This document shows, in pieces, positions 1-9,587 of a stretch of 32,067 nucleotides of DNA; position 1 is the first letter of the stretch; every line of letters starts with the position of its first letter. The notes beneath the pieces are model-generated. The model did not search any database and was not told the DNA's origin. It saw nothing but the letters and a program-made list of their open reading frames with translations. The translations under genes were made by a program, and so were the position numbers. Origin of the DNA: Caldilineae bacterium (GTDB lineage: Bacteria > Chloroflexota > Anaerolineae > DTLA01); assembly GCA_037446815.1 (NCBI GenBank), contig JBBIHX010000020.1, positions 1-32,067 of the forward strand, in the 5' to 3' direction.

Positions 1-91
1 GGGCTGGGGTGAGGGCAACGCACCCTCGCCCGCCGGGAGAGGGCTGGGGTGAGGGGCTACGTGCGACGCACCTCGGAAGTGCGTCGCGCGT
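1..91. repeat. Composite palindromic repeat: reverse-complement copies of the 40-bp CCCTCACCCCAGCCCTCTCCC..GGGCGAGGG unit plus a GTGCGACGCAC..GTGCGTCGC hairpin
   Basis: 1-56 matches the reverse complement of the tandem units at 31858-32067; 59-91 is a hairpin nearly identical to 31823-31855. Confidence 0.9.
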
Positions 92-154
92 TGTCGCGCC
101 GTCTGTCATCGCGACGTGCGAATCAACCCCCGCCCCGCGCGAGATTCTTCGCGG

Positions 155-826
155 TTACGATGGCGGGGACTCCGGGCAACTGAACACGTAGCCGATGCCG
201 CGCACCGTGCGGATGTACTTGGGATCGCAGGGATCGGCCTCCAGTTTCTTGCGCAGCCAGCGGACGTGGACGTAGATGGTGCGGATGTAGCCCATGTACG
301 TCGTATCCCACACGGCTTCCAGAATCTGCTTTTTGGACAGCACCTCGCGGGGACGGGTCATGAAGAACTCCAGGAGGCGGAACTCCTTGGGGGTCAGCGG
401 ACATTTCTCGTCGCCCTTCCACACGCACTGGTTCTCGTAATCCAGCGTCAGATCCCCCATCCGAATGGCACCTGGCTTCTGCTGCGAGAGGAGGCGCCGC
501 ACGTGGTACAGGATGCGGCGGGTTGTGGCCGGGCGCTCCAGCACGCGCTCGTTCTCTGCCGCCGGCACTTGGACGCCCTCGGGCGGCACGAACACCAACG
601 GCACAGCGCCAATGGCGCGCCGCAGCGAATGGCCGAACAGTTGCGGAGTGGCGCTGTTCCCGTTGAGGCTGAGGATGACCAGCGCGTACCCCTGCCCTTT
701 GGCCAGGCGCAGGGTTTTTCGGCTTGGGGGAGCCATCTGCACCTGGAAACCGGCGCGCTGCAAAGAAGCCTGGATTTTCTCCGCTTCCAGGAGGTCATCG
801 TCTATCAGAAGGATTTTGGTTTCCAT
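155..826 (-). CDS. OmpR/PhoB-family response regulator with atypical (pseudo-)receiver domain
   Basis: C-terminal winged helix (LTPKEFRLLEFFM..IYVHVRWLRKKLE..IRTVRGIGY); N-terminal KILLIDDD, but the phosphoacceptor position reads LVILSL instead of LIILDL. Confidence 0.9.
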   Translation of the reverse strand: METKILLIDDDLLEAEKIQASLQRAGFQVQMAPPSRKTLRLAKGQGYALVILSLNGNSATPQLFGHSLRRAIGAVPLVFVPPEGVQVPAAENERVLERPATTRRILYHVRRLLSQQKPGAIRMGDLTLDYENQCVWKGDEKCPLTPKEFRLLEFFMTRPREVLSKKQILEAVWDTTYMGYIRTIYVHVRWLRKKLEADPCDPKYIRTVRGIGYVFSCPESPPS

Positions 827-973
827 AGGCAGTGTCCGGGATTTGTTCAGCCGTTGCGGAGCCGTCCGGCCTTCAAGCGCAAAAAGGCCCCCGGCTCAGC
901 ACCCGCTCCATAGAACCCTGGTGGCGATGGTGGTGGAGGGCCCTGGCTTTGCGCGTCCCCCGTGCGTACCATC

Positions 974-1002
974 ATTATAGCGCATTTGCGGGCGCTTGGC
1001 AA
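974..1002 (-). promoter_or_regulatory. sigma70-type promoter for the response regulator
   Basis: Minus strand TTGCCA-17 bp-TATAAT. Confidence 0.75.
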
Positions 1003-1015
1003 CACGCGCACGGGC

Positions 1016-1042
1016 TTCACCGTAAATTCACGCACATGTCAG
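1016..1042. promoter_or_regulatory. Possible OmpR/PhoB-type direct-repeat operator
   Basis: TTCAC (1016), TTCAC (1027), GTCAG (1038) at 11-bp period between two divergent promoters. Confidence 0.35.
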
Positions 1043-1053
1043 ACAAACGCCGT

Positions 1054-1082
1054 TTGACCCATCGCGCCGAAGGGACTATAAT
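1054..1082 (+). promoter_or_regulatory. sigma70-type promoter for the GT2/YfhO operon
   Basis: TTGACC-17 bp-TATAAT. Confidence 0.8.
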
Positions 1083-1112
1083 CGCACCACCACCCTATGC
1101 CAAAAGGGATGC

Positions 1113-1862
1113 TTGATGACCGAACAAGACCGTTTGACCGTGGTTGTGATACCGACTTACAACGAGGCCGAGAATCTGCCGACCATCGTGGCCGAACTGT
1201 TCGCGCAACCGGTGCAGAACCTCCAGATTCTGGTGGTGGACGACGCCTCGCCCGACGGCACAGGCGAAGTCGCCGATGCCCTGGCCGCGAAATATCCGGG
1301 CCGCCTGCACGTCATCCACCGCCCGGGCAAGATGGGCCTGGGCACCGCCTACGTCACGGGCTTCCGGTACGCGATGGCGCGCGGCGCCGACTACATCATC
1401 CAGATGGATGCCGACTTCTCCCATTCGCCGGATTACATCCCCGTCTTCCTGGAAAAGATCGCGGACTACGACGTGGTGGTCGGCTCCCGCTATGTGGAAG
1501 GCGGACGGCTGGATGAGCAGTGGGGGCTGGGGCGCTACCTCCTGAGTTGGTTCGCCAACAGCGTATACACGCGGCTGATTCTCGGCATACGCACGCGGGA
1601 CGCCACCGCCGGGTTCAAGTGCTGGCGGCGCGAGGCATTGGAGCGCATAGACCTGGACCGCGTGCACTCCGGCGGGTACATCTTCCAGGTGGAGATGGCC
1701 TACCTGAGCGAGAAGTTGGGCCTGAGGATATTGGAGATCCCCATCTTCTTTGAGGATCGGCGCATCGGCAGGTCCAAGATGACGATGCCCGTGAAGTTTG
1801 AGGCCGCGTGGCGCGTGTTTGAAATCCGCTGGCGGTATCGGCGGCTCCGAGGGGGCGGGTGA
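1113..1862 (+). CDS. GT2 polyprenol-phosphate glycosyltransferase (DPM1/Ppm1-like)
   Basis: [55 protein letters not shown] motifs. Confidence 0.95.
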   Translation: MMTEQDRLTVVVIPTYNEAENLPTIVAELFAQPVQNLQILVVDDASPDGTGEVADALAAKYPGRLHVIHRPGKMGLGTAYVTGFRYAMARGADYIIQMDADFSHSPDYIPVFLEKIADYDVVVGSRYVEGGRLDEQWGLGRYLLSWFANSVYTRLILGIRTRDATAGFKCWRREALERIDLDRVHSGGYIFQVEMAYLSEKLGLRILEIPIFFEDRRIGRSKMTMPVKFEAAWRVFEIRWRYRRLRGGG

Positions 1863-4800
1863 GCGGCGTCAAGGCTCGTATCGGCGCAGCGTATCGCTTC
1901 TGGGTATCTCCTCGCGGGCGCAGGTGGCTCCCCTTGCTGGGGTTCCTCCTGCTCCCGCTGGTGTTCTTCTGGCCGGTGCTGGTCGGCGGCAAGACCCTCC
2001 TGCCGATAGACAATCTGTTCGCCTTTGAACCGTGGCGCACCTTTGCGGCGTCGCTCGGCGTCCAGGTGCCCCACAACGAACTGCTGAGCGACCTCATCCT
2101 GGAGAACTACGTCTGGAAGCAGTTCATCCTCCAGTCGCTCCAGCAACGGCAGATTCCCCTGTGGAACCCGTACCTGTTCGCGGGCGTGCCGTTTCTGGCC
2201 GCGGGGCAGCACTCGGCCCTGTACCCGCTGAGCGTCGTGTACTACATCCTGCCGCTGCCCCTGGCCTACGGCGTGTTCACCTACATCCATTTCGTGCTGG
2301 CCGGGCTGTTCACGTACCTGTTCGTGCGAACGTTGGGGGCAAGCCGCGCCGGGGCTTTCATCGCGGGCGTCGCCTTCACCTTCAGCGCCTTCATGGTGGT
2401 GAGCGTGGACTTCCCGATGATCGTCGCGGCGGTTACGTGGTTGCCCTTCCTGCTGTGGGTGGCCGAGAAACTCCTGCGGCTGGCGGAGGACGGCGCGAGC
2501 CAATGGAAGGCCGTGCCCTGGGTGCTGGTTGGCGCCGCCGGCCTCGGCATGCAGATTCTGGCCGGGCATGTGGAGATCATAGTCTATGTCGCCATCATCC
2601 TGGCCTACTACACCGCCGGGCGGCTCGTCGCGCTGTGGGTGGGGCACAGGCGAGCCTTCTGGCCCATGGCGGGGCGGGCTGTGGTCTGGCTGGGCGGCCT
2701 GGCCGTGCTGGGAATCGGCCTCGGCGCGGTGCAGTGGATCCCGCTGTACGAACTGGTGCGGGAGAACTTTCGGCAAGGGGCGGCCAGTTACCAGCAGGTG
2801 GTCGGATGGGCCTACCCCTGGCGGCAGATTATTACGTTCTTCGTCCCCGACTTCTTCGGCAACCCCAGCCACCACCAGTACTTTGACCTGTTCCGGTGGC
2901 AGGTGGTGCCCGTTACCACCAACGCCCTGGGCGAACCCATCACCGACATCGCGTGGACAAAAGGGCTGCCCACGTGGAAAAACTACGTGGAGGCGGGCAG
3001 TTACGTGGGCATCCTGCCAATGCTGCTGGCTGTGATTGCGATCATCCGCAAGCGCAGCGCCCCTGTGTACATCTTCGCGTCGCTGGCCGTCGTGTCCATC
3101 CTCATGGCCTTCGGCACGCCGCTGTATGCCCTGTTCTTCTACCTTGTTCCGGGCGCGAACCAACTGCATTCGCCTTTCCGCTGGGTGCTCGCCTATACGC
3201 TCAGCGTGGCGGCGCTGGCGGGGCTTGGGTTCACGGCGCTCTGCCATTGGGCGGCCGGTTCCGAGCGCGTGAACCGCGCAACCCGGCGGCTTGCCGGTTT
3301 CGTGGCGCTAGTCGGGGCGTTGGGGCTGGCGGCGCTGGTGGCATCCCGCGCGCTTGGCGAATTCTCGCTCCGCCTGGCTGATCGCTTCGTCCAGACCCAG
3401 GGCCTGGCCCAGCGGGCCTTTGCCGATGGCGCTATGCTGTACTCGTACCAGTTCCGAAACTTCTTCTTGTTCGGCCTGTTCCTGCTCCTATCGGGCCTCG
3501 TCGTCCGGTGGGCGTGGCGAACGCGCGGCTCCGCCTGGAAGGTTGCCGCGGCGGCGGTTGTCGTCTTGGATCTATTCGTTGTGGGCATCGGGTTCAACCC
3601 CCGAACAGACCCGGCGCTGCTCCAGTTCAAGCCGCCGGTGGTGGACTTCCTCCAGCGCGATGAGGGCCTGTGGCGGTTCACCACATTCATCGCTCCCGGC
3701 GAGAAGCCGTTCAACGCCAACTCGGGCATGATGTTCGGCTTCCAGGACATCCGGGGCTACGACTCCATCATTCCCAAGCAGTACGTGGAGTACATGCAGT
3801 GGATTGAGCCGCAGGACGAACTGCTGTACAACCGCATTGCGCCGCTGTCGGAGCCGAACTCGCTGGACTCGCCGCTGCTGCACCTGCTCAACGTGAAGTA
3901 CGTCATCACGACGCAGGAGATTGACCGCCCAGGCTACCGACTTGTGTACAGCGGCGAGGTGCGGGTCTACGAGAACGAGAACGCCATGCCCCGCGCCTTT
4001 GCCCTGCCCGCCGGCGCTGCCGTGGTGGTGCCGCGCGACAGGGTGGGCGACGCGCTGAAGCAATACGACCCGCGCATGTACGTTGTGCTGGAAGAGGAGC
4101 AGGGGTTCCGCACCCAGGCCGCCGCGCAGCCCGGCCAGTACGCGCCGGTGGCCGTGGAATCCTACGCGGGCAACGAGGTGTTCCTGAAGGCCAACCTCGC
4201 CCAGCCGAGCCTGGTGGTGCTGGCCGACAGTTATTTCCCCGGCTGGAAGGCATACGCCCGAGCCGAGGGCGATGCCGACGAGCGCGAACTGACCATCTAC
4301 CGCGCCGACGGCAACTTCCGCGCCGTGTACCTGGGGCCGGGCACGTACACCATTCGCCTCAAGTACTCGCCCATGTCGTTCAAACTGGGGCTGTACGGGT
4401 CGTTCTTGGCGGCGATGTCCATGCTCCTGCTGGCCGTGTTTGCGGTGTGGCGGCGATTCTACCGCGCCGACGCGGGCGACTCGGCCGTGAAGCGCGTCGC
4501 CAAGAATAGCCTGGTGCTGATGGGCATGTCGCTGCTGAACCGCTTCATTGACCTGGTGTTCGCCATGCTCATGCTGCGCATCCTGGCGCCCGTGGGCGCA
4601 GGGCGGTACCAGACGGCGGTGAACCTCATCGGCTACTTTGAGATCCTCGTCCTGTTCGGACTGGGGACGCTCCTGACGCGCGAGGCTTCCAAGAAGCCCG
4701 AGGAGCAGCGGCGGTATCTGGGCAATACCCTGGTGCTGCGGCTTCTCTTGTGGGCGGTGTCCCTGCCCATCCTGGCGGGGATACTGGTGCTGTCGGCGCG

Positions 4801-5995
4801 ATACGGCAACATGGCCATGGAGACGGTGTGGGCGGTGCTGCTGTTCAGCCTGGGCCTCATCTTCAGCAGTTGCGCCGAGGCCATCTCGTCGGTGTTCTAC
4901 GCCCACGAGCAGATGGAGTACCCCGCCGCCATCTCGTCGGTTACCACCATCCTGCGGGTGATGCTGGGCGCGCTGGCGCTGCTGGTGGGGTGGGGCGTCG
5001 TGGGGCTGGCCGCCGTGTCGGTGGTGGTCAACGTGATCACCCTGGGCATCTTGGGCGTCCTGGCGGCGCGGTTCTACTTCCGCCCGCGCCTGGAGTTTGA
5101 GCCTTCCTTCGGCCGCCGCCTGCTGTCCGACTCGTACCCGCTGATGATCAACCACCTGCTGGCGACCATCTTCTTCCGCATTGACATCCAGTTCCTCCAG
5201 CAGTACCGAGGCGACGCGGAAGTGGGGTACTACTCCGCCGCCCACCGATGGATTGACGCGCTGCAAATCGTGCCGTCGTATTTCACGCTGGCCATCTTCC
5301 CGCTCATGTCGCGCTACGCCGAGTCGGCGCGCGAGTCGTTGGTGCGCGCCTATATCCTGTCGCTGCGGTTGCTCCTTATGTTCATCCTGCCCGTAACCGT
5401 CATCACGCTGTTCATCTCGCGCGAACTCATCGCGGTGCTGGGCGGAAGCCGATACCTGCCCCAGTCCATGATTGCGCTGCAACTGCTGATTCTGTCGCGG
5501 CCCTTCGGGTTCATCAATGCCGTTACCCAGTACGTGCTCATCGCCATTGACCAGCAGCGGTTTCTGACCAAGGCGTTCCTCATCGGGATGACGTTCAACG
5601 TGGTGATGAACTTCCTGTTTGTGCCGAGATACGGGTACCAGGCAGCGGCGGCAATCCTGATCTTCTCGGAGATCGCCCTGCTCCTGCCGTTCTACTACGC
5701 CGTGCGCAAGCACTTGACCCGCGTGCCCTGGGTGGGCATCACGTGGCAGCCGCTCGCGGCGTCGCTGGCGTGCGCGGGCATCCTGTGGGCCATGCGGCCC
5801 GTGAGCCTGCTGCTGGGCCTGCTCCTGGCGGTAATCGCATATCCGCTGGTGCTCTGGCTCATCGGCGGGTTCCGCGGGACAGACCTGGATGTGGTGTTGG
5901 CGGCCATACCGATGGGGCGATTGCGAAGACTGCTGCGCGGAAGGTCTTTCGCCGTAGAGGGCGTAGAGGCTGCCGAGGAAAAGGGCATGCCTTGA
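1859..5995 (+). CDS. YfhO-family GT-C membrane glycosyltransferase fused to a C-terminal Wzx/MOP-type oligosaccharide flippase
   Basis: [21 protein letters not shown] and [29 protein letters not shown] (YfhO-like); from about nt 4490 [35 protein letters not shown] (Wzx-like); single uninterrupted frame; GTGA overlap with the GT2 gene. Confidence 0.85.
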   Translation: MSGVKARIGAAYRFWVSPRGRRWLPLLGFLLLPLVFFWPVLVGGKTLLPIDNLFAFEPWRTFAASLGVQVPHNELLSDLILENYVWKQFILQSLQQRQIPLWNPYLFAGVPFLAAGQHSALYPLSVVYYILPLPLAYGVFTYIHFVLAGLFTYLFVRTLGASRAGAFIAGVAFTFSAFMVVSVDFPMIVAAVTWLPFLLWVAEKLLRLAEDGASQWKAVPWVLVGAAGLGMQILAGHVEIIVYVAIILAYYTAGRLVALWVGHRRAFWPMAGRAVVWLGGLAVLGIGLGAVQWIPLYELVRENFRQGAASYQQVVGWAYPWRQIITFFVPDFFGNPSHHQYFDLFRWQVVPVTTNALGEPITDIAWTKGLPTWKNYVEAGSYVGILPMLLAVIAIIRKRSAPVYIFASLAVVSILMAFGTPLYALFFYLVPGANQLHSPFRWVLAYTLSVAALAGLGFTALCHWAAGSERVNRATRRLAGFVALVGALGLAALVASRALGEFSLRLADRFVQTQGLAQRAFADGAMLYSYQFRNFFLFGLFLLLSGLVVRWAWRTRGSAWKVAAAAVVVLDLFVVGIGFNPRTDPALLQFKPPVVDFLQRDEGLWRFTTFIAPGEKPFNANSGMMFGFQDIRGYDSIIPKQYVEYMQWIEPQDELLYNRIAPLSEPNSLDSPLLHLLNVKYVITTQEIDRPGYRLVYSGEVRVYENENAMPRAFALPAGAAVVVPRDRVGDALKQYDPRMYVVLEEEQGFRTQAAAQPGQYAPVAVESYAGNEVFLKANLAQPSLVVLADSYFPGWKAYARAEGDADERELTIYRADGNFRAVYLGPGTYTIRLKYSPMSFKLGLYGSFLAAMSMLLLAVFAVWRRFYRADAGDSAVKRVAKNSLVLMGMSLLNRFIDLVFAMLMLRILAPVGAGRYQTAVNLIGYFEILVLFGLGTLLTREASKKPEEQRRYLGNTLVLRLLLWAVSLPILAGILVLSARYGNMAMETVWAVLLFSLGLIFSSCAEAISSVFYAHEQMEYPAAISSVTTILRVMLGALALLVGWGVVGLAAVSVVVNVITLGILGVLAARFYFRPRLEFEPSFGRRLLSDSYPLMINHLLATIFFRIDIQFLQQYRGDAEVGYYSAAHRWIDALQIVPSYFTLAIFPLMSRYAESARESLVRAYILSLRLLLMFILPVTVITLFISRELIAVLGGSRYLPQSMIALQLLILSRPFGFINAVTQYVLIAIDQQRFLTKAFLIGMTFNVVMNFLFVPRYGYQAAAAILIFSEIALLLPFYYAVRKHLTRVPWVGITWQPLAASLACAGILWAMRPVSLLLGLLLAVIAYPLVLWLIGGFRGTDLDVVLAAIPMGRLRRLLRGRSFAVEGVEAAEEKGMP

Positions 5996-5997
5996 TG

Positions 5998-6118
5998 CTC
6001 TCTGCGGCCTCGGCGTGCTCCGCGGTGAATTTCATTGCACCGCAAGAGGCACAGAGGGCGCAGAGGAAGAGAGGATACCCTGAATTTCTCTCTGCGGTCT
6101 CTCCGTCTCCGCGGTGAA
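5998..6118. repeat. CACCGCAGAG/CTCTGCGGTG-type palindromic repeat cluster
   Basis: Two CTCTGCG..CTCCGCGGTGAA units and one inverted CACCGCAAGAGGCACAGAG unit; related to 10222-10286. Confidence 0.7.
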
Positions 6119-6152
6119 ACGGTATTTGCGGTCGCCGATGGAGAGATGACCC

Positions 6153-6698
6153 ATGAAACCCCTGCGCGGGACGGAGTTGAAGCGGTTTCATCGTGAGGTG
6201 CGGCGGGAGTTGCCCATCGCCCACAGCATCGTCGCCATCCTCCAAAGCGTGGAGTATCCGGTCAACGTCGGCTCCATTTTCCGCATCGCCGACGCCGCCG
6301 CGCTGGACGAACTCATCCTGAGCGGCATCACCCCGACGCCCGACAACCCCACCGTGGCGAAGGTGGGGCGGGGCAAGCACGCCCGCGTCCCCTGGCGCTA
6401 CGTGGCCGACGCGGCCCAGGCCATCGCCGAGGTCAAGGCCGAGGGCTACCGCGTCTACGCGCTGGAACTCACCGCCGACGCCGCACCCTACCACACGGTG
6501 GACTGGCCCGACAAGGTGTGCCTGGTGGTGGGGCACGAGGATCACGGCATCACGAAGGCCACGCTGGCCCTGTGCGACGAGGCCGTGTTCATCCCCATGT
6601 GGGGCAAGGGGGCGTCGCTGAACGTCCACGTCGCGCTGGGGATTGTGGTGTATCACATCCGCCAGAAGGCCGCCCCACCCCCTTCCGCTGGCCATTGA
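6153..6698 (+). CDS. SpoU/TrmH-family (SPOUT) RNA 2'-O-methyltransferase
   Basis: VEYPVNVGSIFRIADA, LVVGHEDHGI, IPMWGKGASLNVHVA motifs. Confidence 0.9.
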   Translation: MKPLRGTELKRFHREVRRELPIAHSIVAILQSVEYPVNVGSIFRIADAAALDELILSGITPTPDNPTVAKVGRGKHARVPWRYVADAAQAIAEVKAEGYRVYALELTADAAPYHTVDWPDKVCLVVGHEDHGITKATLALCDEAVFIPMWGKGASLNVHVALGIVVYHIRQKAAPPPSAGH

Positions 6699-6722
6699 CG
6701 ACCGTCAATTCAGGTCTATAAT
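6694..6722 (+). promoter_or_regulatory. sigma70-type promoter with an inverted repeat over the -35
   Basis: TTGACG(6695)-16 bp-TATAAT(6717); ATTGACG-AC-CGTCAAT palindrome at 6694-6709. Confidence 0.65.
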
Positions 6723-6766
6723 ACGGGTGCAGGCATGCGCAGGCAAGGATGGGTTAGGAAGCGCAG

Positions 6767-6970
6767 ATGAAAGAGAGACGCATCAGCAAAGTATACAGGA
6801 AAGTGCGTGTGTCCGAGCAAGGAAGCGATTTCGCCTATTGGCAGACCCAATCGTACCAGGCGAGACTCGCTGCCCTAGAAGAAATCCGCCGAGAATACCA
6901 CAGGTGGAAGCACGGTGCTGAACCAAGACTTCAGAGAGTTTATCATATCGTTAAACGACAACCTCGTTAG
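6767..6970 (+). CDS. Small basic protein overlapping a nucleotidyltransferase (putative antitoxin/partner)
   Basis: 67 aa, AGGA SD upstream, own promoter, 56-bp overlap with the downstream NTase gene. Confidence 0.65.
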   Translation: MKERRISKVYRKVRVSEQGSDFAYWQTQSYQARLAALEEIRREYHRWKHGAEPRLQRVYHIVKRQPR

Positions 6971-7352
6971 GTACCTGGTCATCGGCGGGTATGCGGTCGC
7001 CATCCATGGCTATCCTCGGTACACCAAGGACATAGACATTTGGCTAGAGCCGACTCCCGAAAACGCAGCCAGAGTCGTGAAGGCTTTGGAACAGTTCGGA
7101 TTTGGCTCACTGGGGCTGAAGGCTGAGGACTTCCTCGTCCCGGATCAGGTCATTCAGTTGGGGTACCCACCGAATCGGATAGATTTGCTCACAACGGCGT
7201 CGGGCGTGGAGTTTGGCACCTGCTACGCTTCGCGTGTGGAGGTTGAAGTAGACGGGGTTATCGTGAACTTCATAGACCTGGAAAACTTGAAGAAGAACAA
7301 GATGGCCGTGGGACGACTGCAGGATTTGGCAGATTTGGAGAACCTGCAGTAA
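6915..7352 (+). CDS. Minimal nucleotidyltransferase-like protein (Pol-beta superfamily, DUF6036-like)
   Basis: YLVIGGYAVAIHGYPRYTKDIDIW, RIDLLT, and C-terminal K..GRLQDLADL. Confidence 0.8.
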   Translation: MLNQDFREFIISLNDNLVRYLVIGGYAVAIHGYPRYTKDIDIWLEPTPENAARVVKALEQFGFGSLGLKAEDFLVPDQVIQLGYPPNRIDLLTTASGVEFGTCYASRVEVEVDGVIVNFIDLENLKKNKMAVGRLQDLADLENLQ

Positions 7353-7450
7353 ACCAGGGTATGTTCACGGGAGCGCTCGTCTGAAACTCGCACATAATAT
7401 CCCATGCGCACGCGGGGGCTGGAGCCGGAGCGGACCGCAACAAAACGCCT

Positions 7451-7479
7451 TTGACGAGCGAACCTGCGTGCAGTATACT
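7451..7479 (+). promoter_or_regulatory. sigma70-type promoter
   Basis: TTGACG-17 bp-TATACT. Confidence 0.75.
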
Positions 7480-7548
7480 GGAGCGGGTTTATACCGTGGA
7501 AGGTGCTTTGTTGAAAGGCAACCCGTGAGCGGCTACAGGATTTGACCC

Positions 7549-8208
7549 ATGGGCATCCGATCCCAGGTACACATCGGGAGCGTGATTCGCGCCGCCGTAG
7601 CCTTCAACCCTGCGAACTGGAAGAAAGAGGCCGCAGTGACGGACCAAGATTCGCTGTTGTCTACGGTGAAGCGCCTGTTCGCCCTGCTGGAAGAGAGGCG
7701 AATCCGGTACGTCCTGGTGGGAGGGGTTGCGCTGCTCGCGTACGTAGAGGGTCGTAACACTCAGGACATTGACATCATCCTCCCAGCGGCTGCGCTGAGG
7801 ACCATCCCCGAGATTCGCATCGTCCATCGGGAACAGGACTTCGCGCGGGGAGAGTTTGAGGGGCTACAGATTGACATCCTCCTCACGCGAAACCCTCTTT
7901 TTGCGCTCATCCTTCGGAAGCACGTTGTCCGCCACCGCTTCGCCGAGTGCGAAATCCCTACGGCGACGGTGGAGGGATTGCTCCTACTGAAGTTCTACGC
8001 GCTGCCCTCGCTGTACCGCCTGGGCAATTTTGCAAGGGTCAGCCTATATGAAAACGACATCGCCAGCCTGGTTCAGGCGTACCAGGTTGACCTGGAGCCG
8101 GTGCTCCAGGCGCTTGCGAGATACATGAGCGATAGCGACATCAACGAGTTAAGGTCCATCGCGGCAGATATTGAGCAGCGGATCCGGAGATTCCGGCAAG
8201 CGCAGTAG
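7549..8208 (+). CDS. Nucleotidyltransferase-like protein with N-terminal extension
   Basis: YVLVGGVALLAYVEGRNTQDIDII, QIDILL, LLLLKFYA..DI motifs. Confidence 0.75.
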   Translation: MGIRSQVHIGSVIRAAVAFNPANWKKEAAVTDQDSLLSTVKRLFALLEERRIRYVLVGGVALLAYVEGRNTQDIDIILPAAALRTIPEIRIVHREQDFARGEFEGLQIDILLTRNPLFALILRKHVVRHRFAECEIPTATVEGLLLLKFYALPSLYRLGNFARVSLYENDIASLVQAYQVDLEPVLQALARYMSDSDINELRSIAADIEQRIRRFRQAQ

Positions 8209-8304
8209 GTCGGGTTGTGTACGTTTCCTTTGTGCGTGGTGCGCCAACAGCACACTGATGTGCAGGTAGTGCAGATTGTTCACAACACTTCAAGGAGGAA
8301 GGCG

Positions 8305-9501
8305 ATGAAGAGCAGACGGGACGCGGTCATAGTCAGCGCGGTGCGCACCCCCATCGGCAAGTTCATGGGAACCCTCTCCACAACCCCCGCCCCACGCCTG
8401 GGAGCCGTCGTCGTCAAGGAGGCGGTCCGACGCTCGGGCATCCCAGACCCCGCGGCCATTGACGAGGTCCTCATGGGCTGCGTCGTGCCCGCGGGCATGG
8501 GCCAGGCCCCGGCGCGCCAGGCGGCCATCTTCGCGGGCCTGCCGCCCACCGTCGGCGCGACAACCCTCAACAAGGTGTGCGGCTCCGGCCTCAAGGCGGT
8601 GATGCTGGCGGCCCAGGCCATCAAAGCAGGCGACGGCGACATCTTCGTGGCGGGAGGCATGGAGAACATGAGCCTGACCCCCTACGTCCTGCCCCAAGCG
8701 CGCGCGGGCTACCGCCTGGGCGACGGCAAGGTGGTGGATGCAGTGGTGAACGACGGCCTGTGGTGCGTCTTCGCCAATCACCACATGGGCAACTCCGCCG
8801 AGTTCATCGCCGAGCAGTACCATCTGACCCGCGAGGAGTTGGATCGGTTCGCCTACCAAAGCCAGATGAAGGCCGTTGCCGCCATCCAGGCCGGCAAGTT
8901 CAAGGCGGAAATCGTGCCCGTGGAGGTGCCCCAGCGCAAAGGTCCCCCGCTGGTGTTTGACACCGACGAGTGCCCGCGGGCCGACACGACGCTGGAAGCG
9001 CTGGCCAAGTTGCCGCCCGCGTTCAAGAAGGACGGCATCGTTACGGCGGGCAACTCCCCTGGCATCACTGACGGCGCCGCGGCGGTCGTCGTCATGAGCC
9101 GAGAGAAGGCCGATGCGCTGGGCATTCGCCCCATCGCCACCATCAAAGCCTACGCCCAGGCTGCCGTGGAGCCGCTATGGCTGTTCATCGCGCCGGTGCA
9201 CGCCGTCCAGAAGTTGATGGAAAAGGAAGGCAAGACCATCCACGACTACGACCTGATTGAGGCCAACGAGGCCTTCGCGGCGCAGGCCCTGGCCGACGGC
9301 AAGGCGCTGGGCTGGGACTGGTCGCGGGTGAACGTGAACGGCGGGGCCATCGCGCTGGGGCATCCCATCGGGTGCAGCGGCGCGCGTGTGCTGGTAACGC
9401 TGCTGCACGCGCTCCAGGACCGCGGCCTCAAGACGGGCCTGGCGACGTTGTGCCTGGGCGGCGGCGAAGCGGTCGCGATGAGCGTGGAGATGGAAGAATA
9501 A
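8305..9501 (+). CDS. Acetyl-CoA C-acetyltransferase (thiolase)
   Basis: [15 protein letters not shown] (active Cys), [35 protein letters not shown] before ATG 8305. Confidence 0.97.
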   Translation: MKSRRDAVIVSAVRTPIGKFMGTLSTTPAPRLGAVVVKEAVRRSGIPDPAAIDEVLMGCVVPAGMGQAPARQAAIFAGLPPTVGATTLNKVCGSGLKAVMLAAQAIKAGDGDIFVAGGMENMSLTPYVLPQARAGYRLGDGKVVDAVVNDGLWCVFANHHMGNSAEFIAEQYHLTREELDRFAYQSQMKAVAAIQAGKFKAEIVPVEVPQRKGPPLVFDTDECPRADTTLEALAKLPPAFKKDGIVTAGNSPGITDGAAAVVVMSREKADALGIRPIATIKAYAQAAVEPLWLFIAPVHAVQKLMEKEGKTIHDYDLIEANEAFAAQALADGKALGWDWSRVNVNGGAIALGHPIGCSGARVLVTLLHALQDRGLKTGLATLCLGGGEAVAMSVEMEE

Positions 9502-9543
9502 CCGTTCCGAGCATGCGGTGGCCGTGCTGATGACCGTCGGCAT

Positions 9544-9572
9544 TTGACAGGCGTATACATCTGATGTATACA
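9544..9572 (+). promoter_or_regulatory. brnTA promoter with palindromic operator
   Basis: TTGACA(9544)-17 bp-TATACA(9567); perfect inverted repeat GTATACATC-T-GATGTATAC at 9553-9571. Confidence 0.75.
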
Positions 9573-9587
9573 TACACGTAGGGTGCG

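Noticed and set aside
900..965. c-di-GMP-I riboswitch (GGGACGCGCAAAGCCAGGG on the minus strand resembles part of the motif)
   Set aside because: The upstream GGCAAAC/GAAA-tetraloop hairpin and the closing segment are not visible; would need an Rfam scan
847..975. Polyproline leader peptide (MMVRTGDAQSQGPPPPSPP) upstream of the regulator
   Set aside because: Its ATGs overlap or abut the predicted -10 box, so they would lie upstream of the transcription start
1700..5713. Long antisense ORFs (515 and 713 aa), and similar ones at 14223-15449, 19978-21699 and 21584-22840
   Set aside because: Shadow frames of GC-rich genes; no recognisable motifs
8267..8285. Rex-like operator TAGTGCA-GATTG-TTCACAA upstream of the thiolase
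   Set aside because: Spacer is 5 rather than 4 bp and the left half has mismatches; too weak to call
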